Shown here piece after piece: positions 24,818-38,339 of a DNA stretch of 64,000 nt (position 1 is its first letter; each line of letters opens with the position of its first letter). The notes below the pieces were generated by a model. It saw only the letters and a program-made list of their open reading frames with translations. It searched no databases and was not told the origin of the DNA. This DNA is from Lama guanicoe. Its lineage: Eukaryota. Position numbers and translations under genes: made by a program. The stretch covers positions 20,535,520 through 20,599,519 of the forward strand of contig MU055600.1 in assembly GCA_013239625.1 (NCBI GenBank), written 5' to 3'.

Positions 24818-26229
24818 TCGCCTCGGGAAGCACCGACCCCCGAGCCCCAGAGGGGCGCCTGCAAGGATGCGCGCCACCGCGCCCTGGGTACCCAGGGAAC
24901 AGCTATCGTCGCACAGAGGGGAGGGCAGTGGAGACCGCAAAAACGAGGGCAGGAGCCTGGAGCCTGGCAGGAGGGCGGTCCGAGGTCCGGACTGGCCGAG
25001 TAAGAGGAAAAAGTGCGACCAGGAGGTGAACCAGCTCAGGCCGGATGGTGGAAGGCTTTGAACTCCGCGCTAGTCTTATCCTGAGGTCACTGGGAGCCAC
25101 TGAAGGACCGAGGCACGGGAGGGACGGGGAACAACCACTCTGGCTGCAACAGGGTGAGGACGAGGCTGAAGCAGGGAGCCAGCAAGGACGTTTTTGCTGC
25201 AAAGAAGAGCAGAGAAGGCCGCGGTGACTAAGGGCAGCGAAGGAGGCGCCCTCATCTAAAGGGCACACGAGTCACACTCGCGCACACACACAAGATGACA
25301 CTCACCGGGCCCCTTCTGGAGGAGGGCGAAAGGAGAAGAGCCCTCCAAATCCTGCCGGGGGCTAGCCCGCACGGGGGAGGGAAAACACGCCTTCTGACAG
25401 CGGCCTTCAGCATTTTTCTTGTCTTAGGGTCGTACTGTGTGGGAAGAAAAAAGCCTGCTGCAAAACAGTAATAAAAAAAATCAAACTTTAATCTGTAGCT
25501 CCAAACCCTTCTTTGTACTAATTGGCATATATGGCCCCGAAGAGGGCATGACCAGTTACCCAGCCAGCTAGTGGCGGAGAATGACTGGCGCCTGGCACCG
25601 CGCTACGTTCCTTGAATTCACATGGAGGGTTTAGAGCCAGTGGGGCAGGGAAGAGGGTGCAGGTGAGGAAACGGCCCTCCTCTCCCAGGAGGGGATACGG
25701 GTGACCTTAAGTATTTAAAGGGGCTGTCCAGCACAGGTGGTCTCCATAGGTGAGCCTGTCTGTTTATGGCGGCCTCCCAGGCTGGCCTGCAGGGGCTGTT
25801 CTGAAGGTGCAGGTGCTGGGGTGGGACAGTGAAGGTGGCAGGACAGGAAAGCTCCCTGCCCTGGAGCCAGGCCAAGCCCGGGATGGGTGTGGGGTGTGGG
25901 AGCAGGAAGGAGAGCAACAGGGCAGAGAGCCCCGGGTGGCGGGGCGGGGGGGTGGGGGATTAAAAAAAGAGAAAGTGACAACCCATGAGATTAGGCCAAA
26001 GAAAAAAAGCACCACCTCGGTGCTGACCACCTCAGACGGCTGGCCTGGAGCCTGGGCAGGGCCGGTTCTCCCCAACTCACACTGGTTCAAGTGGGATGAA
26101 CAATTCCACACTCAAACAGATTTTGATTGGAGGCAACTGGTGTGAGTGGGATTAAATTAATTGAGTGTCAGGAGTCCCTTGGGTCCAGATTAAGTGGCTC
26201 CAACAGCTCTGACCAGTTTAAACCATTTA

Positions 26230-26680
26230 AAATGATAGAAAAATTATACAACATCGGAATATACTTAATGCCAATGAGTTGGACATTTAAAATGGCTAAA
26301 ATGGTAAATTTTATGTAATGTGTATTTTGCTACAGTTTTAAAAAAGAAAACAAAACTAATGAAACTCGTTCAAATTGGACTGACTTATTAACTTGTTGAA
26401 GAAATATGTGCTGAGTGCTGTGCGGGCCTCAGGGCTCAGAGGTAAAGATGGAATGAAGACAACGCCCCAGTCCAAAGGCAGCTCAGAGTAAGGGGAGAAA
26501 GGTGCGAAGCAGAATGGCATGCTAGTAGGTGGCGGGTGTACCTGGAGCATCTGCAGAGGGATCTTGGGACTCGTGGGAGGGGATCGGAAATCTGGGGTGT
26601 TCTGCCAGAGCTGAGCCTTAAAGGAGAAGGGAGGTCCGTCAGGCAGGGCATGGTATGAGCAGGGTTTAGGAGCAAAGGAT
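26230..26680 (+). mobile_element. L1MB 3' tail followed by an L2 fragment
   Basis: atatacttaatgccaatgagttggacatttaaaatggctaaaatggtaaattttatg; L2-like ctgagccttaaaggag. Confidence 0.65.
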
Positions 26681-29600
26681 ATGGGGTTTAAAAAAAAACT
26701 AATTTTAGACATACAGACAAGTTGCAAAAATAGTACAAGGAATTTCCTTTTATTCCCACCCTTCTTCTCTTGATGTGAACATTGTACACAACCAGAAAGC
26801 AACTGTTCTGGACCAAACTCGATCCAAGTGATCTAGGCTGGCTTTTCAGAACCGATTCTGATCCACTTCAAACCTGGTCAAATTGTCATGACCGTATTTT
26901 GCTAGTGTGTCACAGAATGGCAGACTATTTAAATTCAAGACTATAGAGTGAAATCTAGTCTCATTTTAAACATATTTACATTATATATAGACACAAGAAA
27001 GTATTAATTATACAAAATGGCAAGTTTTAAATCTCTCAGTCCTGTTGCATTTCTACTTTTATCCGTGTGCGTGTGTGTGTGCGCAAGCATGGACCAGACT
27101 GGCAGGACTGGGTCCTCACATCTGAGATAAGCAACTAACCCTCACCCCCAGAGAGGGCAAAGCAGAGTGGGTGCCTCAGGTCACAGGCCACCCGGGGTCA
27201 CCCAGCCCCCGCAGCTCCCCGGCATGTCAGTGTCTTCCGCACACATCTGGGAGGGTGGGCTGTCAGCTGCCCTCCTGCATCGCTTCAGTGCCGAGGTGCC
27301 CGCTCCTCGGAGAGCAACCCACACTGTTGTTGGAGGCTCTCGGTTAGAAAGCCCCCTTTAATTTTAACTGAACCCTCTTCCTTGTTACTACTGTCCATCG
27401 GCCTCAGACGGGGCCCCTGGAATGAGAGACAAAAGCAAGCCCTCCGTCAGCTCGGTACGTTTCTGCCTGCCGCCCCAGGGTAACCGTGAATTAACCATCA
27501 GTGTCGTCTTCACTGCGTTGTCCCCACTGCCATCACACATGGTCCGGTCCTTCTGCACAGGACTGCCACCCCCGCAGTAAGTCTGCCCCCTGCCTAGGGC
27601 CACTCCTCCTGGGGGTCCCCAGCCTGGAGCACAGGGCCAGCACTAGTGAGGGCTCCCAAACGCTGGGGGACCAATGGCAGCTTCCTGACCCCAGAGCACG
27701 TGGGACTGGACCAAGAGCCCAGCGTGAACAGGCTGCAGGAAGGCGGCGTGGGACAGCCGGACCCTGGCAGGGGCAGGGATGACGAACACAGCGCTGCGTC
27801 GCACTGAGACTGACCGCTGACTGGTACCCGCAGGGTATTTCTTGGGGCTGGAGTTCCAAAAATTACGCGTTGAAAAAATACTGCTCTCTACTCTTGACAA
27901 TCAGTAGTGTTTTCATCCTAACGGCATTTCAGGGCGCTGGGGCCCAGCGGGGAAGATGGAACCCCTCCATTATCCCTACTTTGTTACCATTTGGAGGTGG
28001 AAGGGAAGCAGACGTGTCGTCAAACCCCTAATTTCAGGCTCCAGGGAGGTCCCGGGCCCCATCGCAAGGCCTGCAAACCTGTTCTTTTCATTCTCTTCGT
28101 TGTAAACTTTGTAGACTGTAAAGTCAAGGGAGGCTTGTGCCCAATGAAAATAAGGAAGTAAGGGAAGTGTGATTAAAACACAACATGGCACAGCACAGCA
28201 CAACACGGCGCCGCTGCCTGCAAGCTGGTAAACATGCTGTTCTCAGCAGTGTCCGAGCTCTGTGGGTGAGCGTGAAGAAGCCGTCCCTCCCCATCTTACT
28301 TTGTTCTCTTTGGGGCCGGCCCCCACCTGCCCTGTAACCTGCAGCCCCAAGCTCCGAGGACAGAGCAAAACGACTTCTTGACGGAATGCCGGGTTTCCAG
28401 CGGTCAGGGAGTCTTCAGGCTATTTGAGTTATCCAGCCCCGTTCCCTCCCTTACTTCTCTCTCTCTTTCTTGCCCCATGGCCAGAAAGAGGAGATAGGAA
28501 ACTTCCAGTTACCTCGTACAAGACAACTTTTGGAATCCCAAATATTCAGGTTATTTCTCTTTTCCCTCTTTGCAAGTGGTAATACTTGTAGCCAGGAGGC
28601 ATCACCCAGGGTGAAGCCGCTTCTCCAGGAGAAGCAACGCTGAGCAAGACAGAAGGTGGACGTCACGGCCCCCAGACCCACCGGCTCCGTTCTCCGTCTG
28701 GCGATGATTAACTAGGCGAAGACAAGGCACATGGATGGAAGGAGTCCATTTGCAGGCACTTGCTTCTCTCAGTGTGACTGGTCATTCTTTCATCCATCCA
28801 TCCATCCAACCTATAATGAAGCCAACCAACTATGAGTGATCAAAGAGAGGATGAGAAATGTTAACCAAAGTCGAACGGGGACAGGGTGGGAGAGGCCATC
28901 CTAGACAGAAGGAAACACACTTGCAGAGGCCCAGAGGGAAGCCTGATACACTGGAGGACGGCAAAGGAGGGCAGTGTGGCCCGGGCTCGCGGGAGGGAGG
29001 GGGGAGGCGGGGTGAGGGGGATGGCTGGACAGCACTGAGCCTTCCAGGTGTGGCTGATGGTCCTCCGACAAGCAGCGAGGCTCAGGCACGTCCCATCAGA
29101 ACAGACACAAGCCACAGGCTGGAGCCGGGTCCTGCGCCCCTGCTGTCCTAGATGCTGGCTTTCGGGGGGGTCCAGGGATCCCCGAGGGGAAGAGGTGGTG
29201 GGGGCAGCTTGAAGCAGTGGCTTTTAATCAACCAGTGCAAAAGCAGCTCGTTTCATCATCAACAGAGAAAACGGCTCTGTGCAGACCTGTTAAAGGTCGA
29301 CGCTCAGGGTGATTTTTGTGAGTGGGTTATTTTCAAATGAGCAAGAGGAAGCCTCCAAGGGGCTGATCTGACCAGATCTCTGTTTATCCAAAGGGATAGG
29401 GGAAAAAAGTCCCTTTCGTTAATTTAAAAAAAAAAGGTAATGCAAAAACATCATTCCACAATTCTTTTGTAATGAAAAACATAAATGCAAAATAAAACAA
29501 ATCCGTCATTCTAGAGGAATGCCGTGTCTGCCTTCCCTGCTTCCTGGGAGGCTGTCCCGATAAGGTCCCAGCCTCCGCCGGCCCGCGCTGCCCTGTGCCC

Positions 29601-32309
29601 GGCGCCGCACGTCTCCGGGGCTGCGGGCCGCGGGGGCCTCGGCACGGGAGCCACGGCGCTGCTCGCGGCTAATCGGCTTGTCCGGGCCCCGCAACTGCCG
29701 TCGCCTCCGCCTCTCTGGCAGTCTTCCCTCTTTTACCAAACTAGCTTTCTTGTTGAATGGACTCACTTTTGTGACATCTCAGAGGCACCGCGCATCCACC
29801 AGCCACATACGGTCTGCGCGCAAACCCAGGCCCAACGGGCCAGTCACGTGGCCTTCAAGCTCACTGCTTTTGTCACCGGTCACCTTTGCCCGGCCTCCAC
29901 TGTCAGTATGGGGGGGCCCACCGTGTGCCAGCGGTGACATCCTTCAGACTTGGCTGCCAAGGCTCCTGTGGGTCCTGCGTGCCCTTTTTCATGCCTTTCA
30001 TGTTTCCTGATTCATACTCTGCATGATGGTGGCATCTTCTACATGTGAGAAGCAGTTTGGGGTAACAGAAGGCAAGGATCCCCCAGCCTCCACACCAGCG
30101 TCGCCTGCTGGTCACGTCGGCACAGCAACCACCAGCCTCAGCACCGCAGTCACCTCGTTCACAAAGCAGGAGGCACAGATCTGCCCCCGCTGGAAGGAAA
30201 GGGGCTCGCACCAGCTCACGAGGCCCCTTCCAGCTCTCGGGTCTACAGTTCTCTCAGAAACTCTGCAACAGGGAAATTCTGCAGCCACCTGAGAAAAGAT
30301 GACAAACACAGAGAAGTATGTGACTTTTTAAAAATTTCAAGCTGCATCTTAAATGGCTTCTTTCATTCCTGTGACGTGGAGACTGACCACGTGACTCGGG
30401 GGCCGCATCATGGCTTCAGACGAAAACTCCCCACAGCCCGTGACTTGAGTCACTAAGACTCACTGATGGAGGGGCTGCGTTCACTTACTTGGTAGGGATG
30501 AGGCGAGGACGCCTGCCCGTGTGCGAGCCCTGGAGTGGCGCCTGTGTCCCCTCTAAGTGGCTGTCGGTTCAAGGCTGTGGGGTCAGCGTCCACCGCCAGC
30601 TTCTTCCCGAGGTCACCTTCCCGTTTCAGTCGTGGCGTTCGTTCCAGGGGTGGGAGACAACATTTCCCCTCACGCAGGTGAGGGAGTGGCAGACATGCGC
30701 CCTCTGAGCGTGCGTGTTTGATGGAGAACGGGAGCCGCTGGCAAGTGCCGGCCCGTGCCCTTCCCACTACCCCCGGGGCCGGGCCGCAGCCACGTCAGGG
30801 AGCCCCTCTCCGCTGCCCGGCCCTCGTCCGCCCGCGGACCGAGAAAGCAGGTGTCACGTGCTGTCAGGACCACTCTCAAAGCCTCTAAAAGCATCTTGAG
30901 TTTCAGATCTCATGCACATTAAAGCTGAGGACTTCGGGCCCTACTCAAAGCATATCTAATCTAATCAAAGGTGGTTTTTCCTTCTTTGGGATTAAAACAA
31001 AAACACTGCTGGGTCTCCTCGTGCTTGTCCGGAGGCTTGGCCCAGCAGTGTGGACAGACTTCTCCTACACTCATGCCTCTTTCCAGAGCTCATTATGGAT
31101 CTCGGGTTTGTTCAGGACGAGCTCTGAGGCCCGAGAAGCATTTCTTCTAAGGTGTTGGGAGGACGACCACGTCCAGGGCCGGCAGCCTGAGCGGCGGGGT
31201 CGCTGCCTCACCTGTGCTCTCGGTGGGGAAGGACCGCACCTGCTCTGTGCCCGTGAGGGGGCAGGAGTGCGAGGGGTCACGGGTGAGCCACCCCTGCGTC
31301 TGCCGACACGATCCACTTAAGGGCAGGCGACCAGGAGCGGGAGGCAGAGGGAAGGCTGGGGAGGGGGCGAGGGGGTCTGAAGTTACGACTCTGGAAAACA
31401 GCAGCAGCTTGTTTTAATCTGGCTCGAGACATGTAACCTTGAACAATGTCTAACCTCTCTGAGCCCCAGTCTCCTCATCTGCAGAGTGGGCACACACACA
31501 CACAGACACTCTCATCCCTCTGCCTTCTCGGGTGGGGTTTTGGGAGGAGGCGGCTGCGTCCGTGGTCCGTCCCTTTGTCAGGCTCCCTGTACCGCTGGTC
31601 GTCCACTGTCACGGGAACATTCCAAGGATGAAGGCAGGGCATGTGATCGAGCAGAGAGCAAACATAAGCAAGAGCAAGCACGCAGCTTAAATCGCACACC
31701 GGTGACCTGGTCCTGTGAATGGAAACCACCACCCGGTGGGAAAGCAAGCGAAGCCCCGCCACGCGGGCGGACGGTGGGACGGGCTGGGTGGGCGGAAGGC
31801 CCGGCGGGGTTTTATTTTCCCTTTTCTTTTTAATTTCTCTCCTTTCCTCTTTCTTTTGGGGTTTTTCTGTTCTTCTTTCTTTTATGAAAAACCAACAGGC
31901 TGTTGTGAGGAGAGAAGAAAGAAACATCTTCTCACAAAGTTAGCTTTGTGAAAGTGCGGGTCAAGCTTTTCACTCGTCAGCATCTGAAGTTCCCTGGAAG
32001 CTAGTAAGACCCGTCTCCGTAGAACGGCTTCCTGAAGGGGTGACGCGCACCGGACACGTGTGCCCCTGGACCCTCGCTCTGTGGACTCATTAACTGCGTG
32101 ACTTTCAGAAAGCGCCTTAACGCGGTCTGAGTTTTTCAGCTCTAAAGCGCAGATAACAACTCTTGACAGCATGATTTGGGCAGTCATTGCTGACGCTCAC
32201 TGTTTCCCTCTTGGGGCAAAAGAGGATTTAACTTCCCCGTCCCCTTGAAGTTAAATGTAGCCCTGTGACTTGCTCTGGCCACTCCACTGGAATGGGACTT
32301 CTCTTTTTA

Positions 32310-32412
32310 AAAGGAAAGAAAAAGAAAAGAAAAGAAAAGAAAGAAACAGAGAAAGAGAGAGAGAAAGAAAGGAAGGAAGGAAAGGAGGAAGATGAAGGGA
32401 GGAAGGAAGGGA
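32310..32412 (+). repeat. Polypurine (GAAA/GGAA)n simple repeat
   Basis: Directly visible. Confidence 0.9.
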
Positions 32413-33524
32413 AGCTGGCGGGTGCTTTGGGTCTCAGTGCACCAAAAAAAAAAATAAAGAGCTGGTCATCAGCAGTGATGGCAAATACCAGGATGTAAAA
32501 AAAAAAAGAGAACTCATAGGAGAACTTATGAAATTGTAAGGGCAGAGACTCCACTTCCAGGCGTGTGTTTCTTTAAGGAAACACTATGCAGCGGAGGAGG
32601 AGGAACCTCCTGAGAGGCGCCCCAGGGAACAGTGAAGGAGGGGTCCCGGGGAAAGCGCAGGAGGCCGGGCAGGGCACGCCCTCCACCCGGGGAAGCCACA
32701 ACCAGGGGGCTGACACGTGTGCAGAGCGCGCCCACTGAAGACCCCAGCTCCGCAGGCACCAGATGCCCGGCGAGGACCCACTGGAGGGGAACGTGTGCTC
32801 CACTCCAGGGTCAGGGAGCCAGCCCACGTCTCCGCGAGCCCCCCGAGCTCCCACTCCACGCTGCTTTGCTCCAGACTAAGTCCTTCAGAGAATCAGGGTG
32901 CCCACCTGCTTCGGGAGCCTGAGAGCAGCCTGGAGTCAGGCCGGGGGGCAGTCGGCAGCCGGGAGACGGCGCGTGTCCAGAGTGAGCTTGGGCTGATCCA
33001 GAGACCTCGCCTGGGAAAAGCAGGGGCGAACCTGGAGGGGAATTTCTGAACCAAATGCACACATTCACCTCGGAGAAGGAAATGCTTCAGGTGCGTCTGC
33101 GTTTTATGATTATGAAACATGGCCAAACTCCATTGACAAAATGATTTTAAGACCTTTTATAGGAATAATAAAAGTCAGAAGAGAAAAGAGAACTCGTGTG
33201 GGTTGAGCACCCACTCAGGGCTGGGCTCTCTGCGGAGTGCGGCGCCATGCACAACTGCAAGGGTGCGCGGCGGCTGCCTGGCGTCTTCCTGTCAGGCACT
33301 GCATTCGCCTCTCTGAGCCCTGGTGTTCACAAGCATGGAGCGAATGGGTTAACTCTACCCAGCCAGTGTCCACCGCAGAACGACTGAGAGCACGAAATGA
33401 AATCCTGGCAGAAGCTGTGAAATGTACAGCTCGTCAAGACGCACTTGACCTTCAGTGGGAAGGGAGGCAGGCTGACTCTGGATGACTCCTGGCTACTCTT
33501 CTGTTCCGCGGCTACAGGGCAGGC

Positions 33525-33870
33525 GATCTGTCTTGAGTCAGGTGTCCCCCAAGGCCGACTCTAAGATGGGGATTCCAGCACACGTAACTCACATGGGGTG
33601 ACCTCAGGGAGCATGTGGGGAGAGGAGGCGAGGAAGGGAAGAAGGGCAAGCTGATGAAGGGTGTGTCAATGAATGGGTGACCACCGTGGGCGGCCTGGGC
33701 TCTGTCCCACTGGGGACCTCGGGGAAACTGTGGCACGTAATTCTCTGGCACCTCTGGCCCGTCCCCTGCTGGGAACAAAGCACATTCCTGGGCCTAAAAC
33801 TGTCCTTAGGCAGAGAGGCCCAGGGAAACTCCTTGTGAGGGACTGTCTGCAGACTCGCTGGGGCAGACCC
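33525..33870. mobile_element. ERVL-type LTR (LTR33/LTR16-like)
   Basis: tgtcttgagtcaggtgtccccc...gggaagaagggcaagctgatgaagggtgtgtc...ccactggggacctc. Confidence 0.55.
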
Positions 33871-34299
33871 GGGGGACCACGAACGTCTCCTAAGGAGAGC
33901 CCCCACCTCCCGTCCAGAAAAGGAGGAAGGGAGAGCAGCCAGAGAGAAGTGAAGCCGGAGGAGTAAGGCGGCAGGAGCCCACATGGAGTCTGCCCCACGT
34001 CAAAGCCTAGACTTGAAAGACTGGAAACCTGGGCGTCCAGGAGTAGAGTGCCTCTCCCACCCCATCCCACCTGACCCCTCCCCTCCTGCGCCCCAACCCT
34101 GCATTGGAATATGCACCCACTTCCGGGGGCGGGGCTGGAAAACCTGTGGCTGAGTCCTCATGACTCTTTCCTGAGCGATGACTTGCCTTTTCAGCCCCAT
34201 TAGGCAATGAAAGGAGGGTTGATGGTCCCCACATGCAGGATGCAAAAGCAGGGCACCTTCACATGATTCCAGTGGGACTTTAACTGGGGGGCGGTACAT

Positions 34300-35900
34300 A
34301 AGCTAGCGTCCAGGAGCAGGAGCTTCGGAGTGAGGCCACGCTGGGTTCAAGGTCCAGCTCCACCCCTTGCTAGCTGTGTAACCTCAGGCAAGTTCCTTTT
34401 CCTTTTTATGCTGAAGTTTCCTCGTCTGTAAAACAGGGTAAAATACTAGTAAATTTCTCAAAGGGCTGCTGTGAGGATTAAACGAGACAATGCATGCAAA
34501 GCCCGCATCACAGTTTCAGCACGTAGTAAACACTCAGCAAGTTCCAGCTGTTACTGTTTCTCGCTCACTTAACAAACATCTATTGAGTCTTCCATGTGCC
34601 CGTTCCCATTTCAGACACCAGAGACACATCAGCGAACAAGACACACTCAATTCCTGCCGTGAAATTTAGATTCTGTTGCCTTAGAGGCAGACACTAAACA
34701 AGTATACAAATGAGCAACCACTATAATTGCAGGTAATAGTAAGTGCTTGACAGCTAAACAACATGAAGAAGTAAGAATCCTGGGCGGCGCTCCAGGCAGA
34801 GTGTAAAAGCCGTGAGGTGAGAGCAAAGTCGTGGGTCGAGAAAAAGGAGGAAGGCTGGTGTAGTGAGAACTGGAGGGCACGAGAGAAGATGGGGTGAGAG
34901 GCAGCCATGGTAAGCAGTTTGGGTTTCATTCTGAGTCTTGAGCAGGGTTTGACTGGTTTGATTTGCACTTTAAAACACCGACTTGGGTGGCCATGGAGAG
35001 AACAGACTGGGGAAGGGACAGCAGGAGAGGAGGCAGAGGGATGAGTTACCAGGCTACTGAGTGGGTCCAGAGCGGTGGAGGTGGCTCAGACGGGTGACGT
35101 CAGTAAAGATGCTGACAAGCGGCTGAATCTAGGATGTTATGCAGATGGAACCAACCCCACTTCCTGATGGCTTGGATGTGGACTGTAGAGAAAAAACTCA
35201 GTCTTAACTCTAGAGGCGTGGAGCCTGAGAGTCTGGGTAAACGGTGGTGCCCTTGTCTGAGAGAGGGCAAACTGGAGAAGACACACGTGCGAGGAGGGGC
35301 TCGGGCAGGAAATTTAGAGTTCTATTTTGGACGTGCAAACTAGGAACTGTCCAGCAGGTGTCCCAGGGAGCACGTAAGAAGGCACTTGGCTTAGGGGAGA
35401 GGTCTGGGCTAGAGATATGTTTGGGGACCACTAGAGTATGAACAGTATTTAAAATCACGAGACTGGGGAAGATCACCTAAGGAGTAAGGGGAGATAGAGA
35501 GCAAGTCTGATGGCTGAGCCCCAGGACGCCCCAGCACTTAGAGAGGGAAGGAAGAGGGGCAGAAGGCAGGAGGGGCAAGCAGGAGTGACCAGTGAGCAGG
35601 AAAGCCAGGAGAGCGAGCTACCCCAAATTCTACAGAAGGCAAGGTTTCCAGAAGGAGGAAATGAACCACTGTGTTAAATGCCAATGGGAGGTCAACAACA
35701 TGAAGACAAGAATTGGCCAGTGGAGTTAGCAAGATGACATTGTTGGTGCGCTTGAGAATCCTGGCTTCAGTATTACTGGGGAGACGAAGTTCTGGCTGAC
35801 AGAGCTCAAACGCAGAACAGGAAGACGGCAAGTAGAAGTAGGAGCGACAGCTGTTTTGAGGAGCTGCGCTATAAAGACGCCAAAATAAACAATGGCTGAA
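34300..35900 (+). mobile_element. MIR (about 34300-34555) followed by a long L2 fragment
   Basis: gctagctgtgtaacctcaggcaagtt...gtgaggattaaacgagacaatgcatgcaaagc; L2 motifs gagaggtctgggctagagat and ctgtgttaaatgccaatgggaggtcaa. Confidence 0.75.
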
Positions 35901-38339
35901 GGACTAGAGGTTGAGAAGAGATTTATTAATTTTTTTCACTATCTTAAGGGATGTTACAACATAGTGATATGCCAATGGGATAAACCATTAGAAACGGGAT
36001 GATACAAGAGAAAGATGCAAAGTCCGTGAAAGGAAAGAGGGGACGGGACCCCACGAACCGGTGATGAGTTGCCCTGGACAGAGGCAGAGGCAGGTCAGCC
36101 TTGCAATGGGAAGAATGCAGAGGATGCAAATACAGCTGCATGAAATATTTCTGTATGTTTCTCTCTAGAAAATCTCCCAAATTTCAACTTAAGCACCTAG
36201 TACATGGCTCAGCTGGGGCTGGAGGTTTTGCACTGCCTGCCAAGCCACGATTTGGGCTTCACAGGCCATCTCAAGAGAGCAAAAACAGAGGACATGAGGT
36301 TACAGACCACATTCTTTTCCATTCTTGTAGGCTTCAATAAATGCCGGATTGGTTTGAATTACGAGAAAATAAAGTCCATTTGTTGAAGACCTCCTTAAAA
36401 GACATTTACAGACGGTGCAGAAAGCCATCATTCTGGGGAGCAAACGTAGCCTCCACAGTCTCCTGCAGACGGGGAGCAGGTAAGGATGGACGCTCCGCCA
36501 GGGAGAGCTGGCCCTGGTCCACCGGCTTGCTCTCCAGTCAGTGACACGGCATCCTCCTCGTCTCACTCACCGAGCTGACTGTGTTAGACTCTCTAAAGGG
36601 AGAGGCTGTGTCTTAGTGCACCGTGGCTCCCGCCATCCGCCGCGGTGCTCGGCTGCTGTGTGTCAGGGCAAATGATGGGGCCCCTGCTCACCTGCACTGG
36701 AGATGGAAAGCAGGTCCCTAGACATGAAAGGAGACCCTTCTCACTTCACGTTCCCTTAAAGGCTCCTGACCCCATGTAACTCTGACAAAGAGACTTCTGA
36801 CGTTACCCAGGAGGAAACACTCCCAGGTCGGAAGGTCTGGAGCTCTAGTGTACCCCTCTGACCGTCCAGCACTTCCTACAGTGCTGACTGGGAGATCCTC
36901 CTGTCTTCCTACTAAAATCGTAATGCTGGAAGGATGGGGAGCACAGCACCCACGCGTCTAATGCTCCACCCGCCGTCCACCACGCCGAGGCAGAGCATGT
37001 TGAGTGGTTTCTCTTTCTGGGTCTGAAGCCACTTGTAACAACTCACCTACGGCAACTCATGAAAGTCCACGCTGGGTCAACAACCAGGAATGGTCCCTGG
37101 AGCCTACTCCACTCCTCAGTGGGGCGGGAAGACCTGGACCCGAAAACAAGCCCTGGTGGTGTCTTGGTCCCTCATCCACGGAAACTCTCCCTTTCCTTCT
37201 CCCTTGGGCCCTGCAGCCACCTAGACGTGTCCGTCCCCTCCTTCCCCTCGCCTGCACATCCAGGAGCCCACTTTTCTTTGGCGTCTTATGGGGTCTGTCA
37301 GACCCATGGACTGTTTTCTTCCAAAGACAGCTAATTAGGACTAGGAAATTTAGAATATCAGCCCTCGGAGTCGTAAGCCTGTATGATAAACACCTCGTCC
37401 AGATTCCCGAGAACGCCCCCCCCCCGCCTGACTCCTGTGTGCTTCCCAGGTCCCCTTCTCGTACCCTCAGGGATGTGTGCTTCATCTGCAGGAGGGACGA
37501 GGACGGAGAAACGGACTCATCCTGCTGGGAAAGCCTCCACATGTGAGTGGCTGTCTGGGAACCACACCTGGGTAGACAGCACGTTGCTTTCTAAGACCCT
37601 GAATGGCACACAGCGGCTGAAGACCTGCTTCTCTGTGGGATGGCCCGGAAATGACACCAGGCTTCCAAGCAGTTCTGCATACGAGGTGGTGACTGCAGCT
37701 GGGGGGAGGAACCATGAGTGAGGAGCGCCCCAAAACTTGGATCAGTTTGCTCTTTGAGACCCAAATCCACACATCAGGTCACGGACAGAGGCGGCCACCT
37801 TACAGAAGCGGGGGCATGACTCTGCGCTGACGGCATTAGCACGTCTAGAGAAAGACTGTGGAACCCAGGTGAGAGCCAGCCAGCTCGGAGCCTCGGTCAG
37901 GAAGGCACGCTCGGGGTGGGCCCATCCACGCCGAGCCGAAGGTCCGCCCTGGACGGTCCCTGCAGCCGCTCTTCACCGTCGCCCTCCTGCAGGTTCAGGA
38001 GATGATTTGCAAACACTGCTGGAGTTCCCAGCATCGAGCCTGATACTTGCACACACTCTTCTCTTCTCCACGGAGGGTGAGGAGAGGCTGGGAGTAGCGT
38101 GCACACAGCGGGCACGATCCTGCTCCAGGGGAGAGCCGCTCCAAGACGGGGCTCGGGACAGGGGCAGCAGGGGCCACCAGGAATGGGCCGACAGAATTAC
38201 CCAGACTGCAATCAACACCTTCCTTTCACCCCGCCTAATTAAAGAATTTCCCAGACGCTTTAGGGCAGAGGAAGCCGGTCGTGAATTTTAGACCCCGCCC
38301 CACAGTGAGGGGCTTGGTGTTGTGCCGGGGTCCCCGACG

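Larger units (their letters stand above)
23890..25060. promoter_or_regulatory. CpG-island promoter of the left-hand minus-strand gene
   Basis: About 1.2 kb of very high GC and CpG density with GC boxes, containing a first-exon splice donor. Confidence 0.85.

Noticed and set aside
23787-25061. Long overlapping ORFs of 199-348 aa on both strands
   Set aside because: Arg/Pro/Gly/Ala-rich shadow ORFs caused by stop-codon scarcity in a CpG island; no domain-like content.
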